Origin: a virus
Taxonomy: Duplodnaviria; Heunggongvirae; Uroviricota; Caudoviricetes
DNA length: 8,892 nt
Virus record (IMG/VR): IMGVR_UViG_2778261527_000002
Reading direction: 5' to 3' (one strand)
The translations under genes were made by a program, and so were the position numbers. Below the pieces are notes generated by a model. The model was not told the DNA's origin. It searched no databases and saw nothing but the letters and a program-made list of their open reading frames with translations. The number at the start of each line of letters is the position of its first letter. The stretch's first letter is position 1. Positions 5,906 to 8,892 of the stretch are shown piece after piece.

Positions 5906-8892
5906 ATGGCAGTAAAAATTTCAGGTGTACTGAAAGACGGCACAGGAAAACCGGTACAGAACTGCACAATCCAGCTGAAAGCAAAACGTAACAGTACCAC
6001 GGTGGTGGTGAACACGCTGGCATCTGAAAATCCGGATGAAGCCGGGCGTTACAGTATGGACGTTGAGTACGGTCAGTACAGCGTTATTCTGTTGGTGGAA
6101 GGATTCCCGCCGTCACATGCCGGGACCATCACAGTGTATGAAGATTCCCGACCCGGTACGCTGAATGATTTTCTCGGTGCCATGACGGAGGATGATGCCC
6201 GTCCGGAGGCACTGCGCCGCTTTGAACTGATGGTGGAAGAGGTGGCGCGTAACGCGTCCGCAGTGGCGCAGAACACAGCAGCCGCGAAGAAGTCAGCCAG
6301 CGATGCCGGCACATCAGCCCGTGAGGCGGCAACCCGTGCGACTGATGCTGCAGGCTCAGCACGTGCAGCCAGCACGTCAGCCGGACAGGCCGCGTCGTCG
6401 GCTCAGTCAGCGTCTTCCAGCGCAGGAACGGCATCAACAAAGGCCACTGAAGCATCAAAAAGTGCTGCCGCCGCAGAGTCTTCAAAAAGCGCGGCAGCTA
6501 CCAGTGCCAGTGCCGCGAAAACGTCAGAAACGAATGCTGCAGCGTCACAACAATCAGCAGCCACTTCTGCATCCACCGCGACGACGAAAGCGTCAGAAGC
6601 TGCCACCTCAGCCCGGGATGCGGCGGCTTCAAAAGAGGCGGCAAAATCATCAGAAACGAGCGCAGCCTCGAGCGCCAGTAGTGCAGCCTCCTCGGCAATG
6701 GCGGCAGGCAATTCCGCGAAGGCGGCCAAAACGTCTGAGACAAACGCTAAGTCCTCTGAAACGGCAGCAGAACAGAGTGCCTCCGCAGCAGCAGGCTCAA
6801 AAACAGCGGCTGCATTATCTGCCAGTGCCGCGTCAACAAGTGCCGGGCAGGCCTCAGCCAGTGCCACCGCCGCCGGAAAATCGGCAGAAAGCGCCGCATC
6901 GTCCGCTTCAACAGCCACAACGAAGGCTGGCGAAGCCACTGAACAGGCCAGCGCAGCAGCGAGGTCTGCTTCCGCAGCGAAGACATCCGAGACGAACGCG
7001 AAAGCGTCGGAAACCAGCGCAGAATCCTCAAAAACGGCTGCCGCATCGTCCGCCAGTTCGGCGGCGTCATCGGCATCATCTGCGTCTGCTTCAAAAGATG
7101 AGGCGACCAGACAGGCATCAGCAGCGAAAGGCAGCGCCACGACGGCATCCACGAAGGCGACAGAGGCAGCTGGTAGTGCGACGGCGGCAGCTCAGAGCAA
7201 AAGTACGGCGGAATCCGCGGCAACGCGCGCCGAGACAGCAGCAAAACGGGCAGAGGATATTGCATCCGCCGTGGCGCTTGAGGATGCGAGCACGACGAAA
7301 AAGGGGATAGTACAGCTCAGCAGTGCGACCAACAGCACTTCCGAGTCACTGGCGGCAACGCCAAAGGCAGTAAAATCAGCCTATGACAATGCAGAGAAAC
7401 GTCTGCAGAAAGACCAGAACGGCGCTGATATACCCGATAAGGGACGCTTCCTGAACAACATTAACGCGGTCAGTAAAACAGACTTTGCTGATAAGCGTGG
7501 TATGCGTTATGTGCGGGTTAACGCTCCTGCAGGTGCAATATCTGGAAGATATTACCCTGTTGTTGTTATGCGTTCTGCTGGCTCAGTAAGCGAACTGGCA
7601 TCAAGGGTCATTATCACCACGGCAACGCGAACCGCAGGCGATCCGATGAATAACTGCGAGTTTAACGGGTTTGTTATGCCTGGTGGCTGGACTGACAGGG
7701 GGCGTTATGCTTATGGAATGTTCTGGCAATATCAAAACAATGAACGAGCCATCCACTCAATAATGATGAGTAATAAGGGCGATGATTTGCGCTCTGTGTT
7801 CTATGTTGATGGTGCTGCTTTCCCTGTTTTTGCGTTTATTGAAGATGGCCTGTCAATATCCGCACCTGGTGCTGATCTCGTTGTTAATGATACGACCTAT
7901 AAGTTTGGGGCAACAAATCCGGCGACTGAATGTATCGCGGCGGACGTTATCCTTGATTTTAAGAGTGGCCGTGGTTTTTATGAGTCCCATTCGTTAATCG
8001 TTAACGATAACTTGTCGTGCAAAAAACTTTTTGCCACAGACGAAATTGTAGCGCGTGGTGGTAATCAGATTCGAATGATAGGTGGGGAGTATGGTGCATT
8101 ATGGCGTAATGATGGCGCTAAAACTTACCTGCTGCTTACCAATCAAGGTGATGTTTATGGTGGCTGGAATACATTAAGACCGTTTGCTATTGATAACGCA
8201 ACCGGCGAACTGGTTATTGGAACCAAACTGTCCGCAAGTCTGAACGGTAATGCATTAACAGCAACAAAGCTGCAAACGCCAAGACTGGTTTCTGGTGTTG
8301 AGTTTGATGGTTCCAAAGATATTACTTTAACCGCCGCGCATGTGGCTGCTTTTGCCAGAAGGGCAACGGATACATATGCCGATGCGGATGGTGGCGTTCC
8401 CTGGAATGCCGAATCAGGCGCTTATAATGTCACCCGCTCTGGCGACAGCTATATTCTGGTTAACTTCTATACCGGAGTCGGAAGTTGCCGGACCCTGCAG
8501 ATGAAGGCGCATTACAGAAATGGTGGTCTGTTCTACCGTTCTTCAAGAGATGGCTATGGTTTTGAGGAAGACTGGGCAGAAGTTTATACCTCGAAAAATC
8601 TTCCACCAGAAAGCTACCCAGTCGGCGCACCAATCCCGTGGCCATCAGATACCGTTCCGTCTGGTTATGCCCTGATGCAGGGGCAGACTTTTGACAAATC
8701 TGCCTACCCGAAACTTGCTGCCGCTTATCCGTCAGGCGTGATCCCTGATTTGCGTGGCTGGACGATTAAGGGCAAGCCCGCCAGTGGTCGTGCCGTATTG
8801 TCTCAGGAACAGGATGGCATTAAATCGCATACCCACAGCGCCAGCGCATCCAGTACGGATTTGGGGACGAAAACCACATCGTCGTTTGATTA
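5906..8892 (+). CDS. stf: side tail fibre protein Stf, 3'-partial (about 995 codons, runs off the window end)
   Basis: N-terminus [31 protein letters not shown]… and C-terminal segment [76 protein letters not shown]… match recalled lambda Stf. Hand translation found no stop from 5906 to 8890. Confidence 0.9.
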   Translation, partial: MAVKISGVLKDGTGKPVQNCTIQLKAKRNSTTVVVNTLASENPDEAGRYSMDVEYGQYSVILLVEGFPPSHAGTITVYEDSRPGTLNDFLGAMTEDDARPEALRRFELMVEEVARNASAVAQNTAAAKKSASDAGTSAREAATRATDAAGSARAASTSAGQAASSAQSASSSAGTASTKATEASKSAAAAESSKSAAATSASAAKTSETNAAASQQSAATSASTATTKASEAATSARDAAASKEAAKSSETSAASSASSAASSAMAAGNSAKAAKTSETNAKSSETAAEQSASAAAGSKTAAALSASAASTSAGQASASATAAGKSAESAASSASTATTKAGEATEQASAAARSASAAKTSETNAKASETSAESSKTAAASSASSAASSASSASASKDEATRQASAAKGSATTASTKATEAAGSATAAAQSKSTAESAATRAETAAKRAEDIASAVALEDASTTKKGIVQLSSATNSTSESLAATPKAVKSAYDNAEKRLQKDQNGADIPDKGRFLNNINAVSKTDFADKRGMRYVRVNAPAGAISGRYYPVVVMRSAGSVSELASRVIITTATRTAGDPMNNCEFNGFVMPGGWTDRGRYAYGMFWQYQNNERAIHSIMMSNKGDDLRSVFYVDGAAFPVFAFIEDGLSISAPGADLVVNDTTYKFGATNPATECIAADVILDFKSGRGFYESHSLIVNDNLSCKKLFATDEIVARGGNQIRMIGGEYGALWRNDGAKTYLLLTNQGDVYGGWNTLRPFAIDNATGELVIGTKLSASLNGNALTATKLQTPRLVSGVEFDGSKDITLTAAHVAAFARRATDTYADADGGVPWNAESGAYNVTRSGDSYILVNFYTGVGSCRTLQMKAHYRNGGLFYRSSRDGYGFEEDWAEVYTSKNLPPESYPVGAPIPWPSDTVPSGYALMQGQTFDKSAYPKLAAAYPSGVIPDLRGWTIKGKPASGRAVLSQEQDGIKSHTHSASASSTDLGTKTTSSFD
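6250..7300 (+). repeat. low-complexity Ala/Ser/Thr-rich coding repeats (recurring [17 protein letters not shown]-type units) in the Stf shaft
   Basis: GC-rich imperfect tandem repetition visible in DNA and protein; it produces long spurious ORFs in other frames on both strands. Confidence 0.7.

Noticed and set aside
5829-6023. Minus-strand ORF overlapping the lom terminator and the stf start
   Set aside because: Spans a terminator hairpin and the 5' end of stf on the opposite strand; no RBS; shadow ORF.
6250-7300. Repetitive DNA as a possible CRISPR array or mobile-element repeat
   Set aside because: The repeats are imperfect, lie in frame within a continuous coding sequence, and lack the regular repeat-spacer architecture; they are protein-coding low-complexity repeats.
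6073-7310. Long ORFs in alternative frames on both strands (6303..7310 +, 6403..7152 -, 6747..7265 -, 6129..6485 -, 6073..6375 -, 6498..6743 -) with Arg/Pro/Gln-rich or Ala-rich translations
   Set aside because: They lie entirely inside the Stf Ala/Ser/Thr-rich repeat region, where GC-rich low-complexity DNA keeps several frames open. The Stf frame is supported by recognisable N- and C-terminal sequence, so these are shadow ORFs.
7782-8645. ORFs 7782..7997 (+) and 8460..8645 (-)
   Set aside because: Embedded in the Stf coding frame; spurious alternative frames.

Overview
This window reads as the accessory/tail end of a lambdoid (lambda-like) prophage from an enterobacterial genome. The right two-thirds carries a recognisable tail module in lambda order: the C-terminal half of host-specificity protein J (3369..5174), the outer-membrane protein Lom (5242..5841) and the 5' ~995 codons of side tail fibre Stf (5906 to the window end, absent from the ORF track because it has no in-window stop). 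J similarity starts abruptly near 3465, so J is 5'-truncated and fused to unrelated sequence. The left third (1..3100) is a moron-like region: a translationally coupled operon of five small ORFs including two very acidic 58-60 aa proteins, an AT-rich island with an 85-aa ORF, an apparently complete hok/mok/sok type I toxin-antitoxin locus, and a Cys-rich lipoprotein gene. All calls rest on reading the sequence and on recalled protein families; no database search was run. The most interesting candidates for something undescribed are the acidic-protein operon (possible DNA-mimic anti-defence proteins) and the lipoprotein, both of unknown function.
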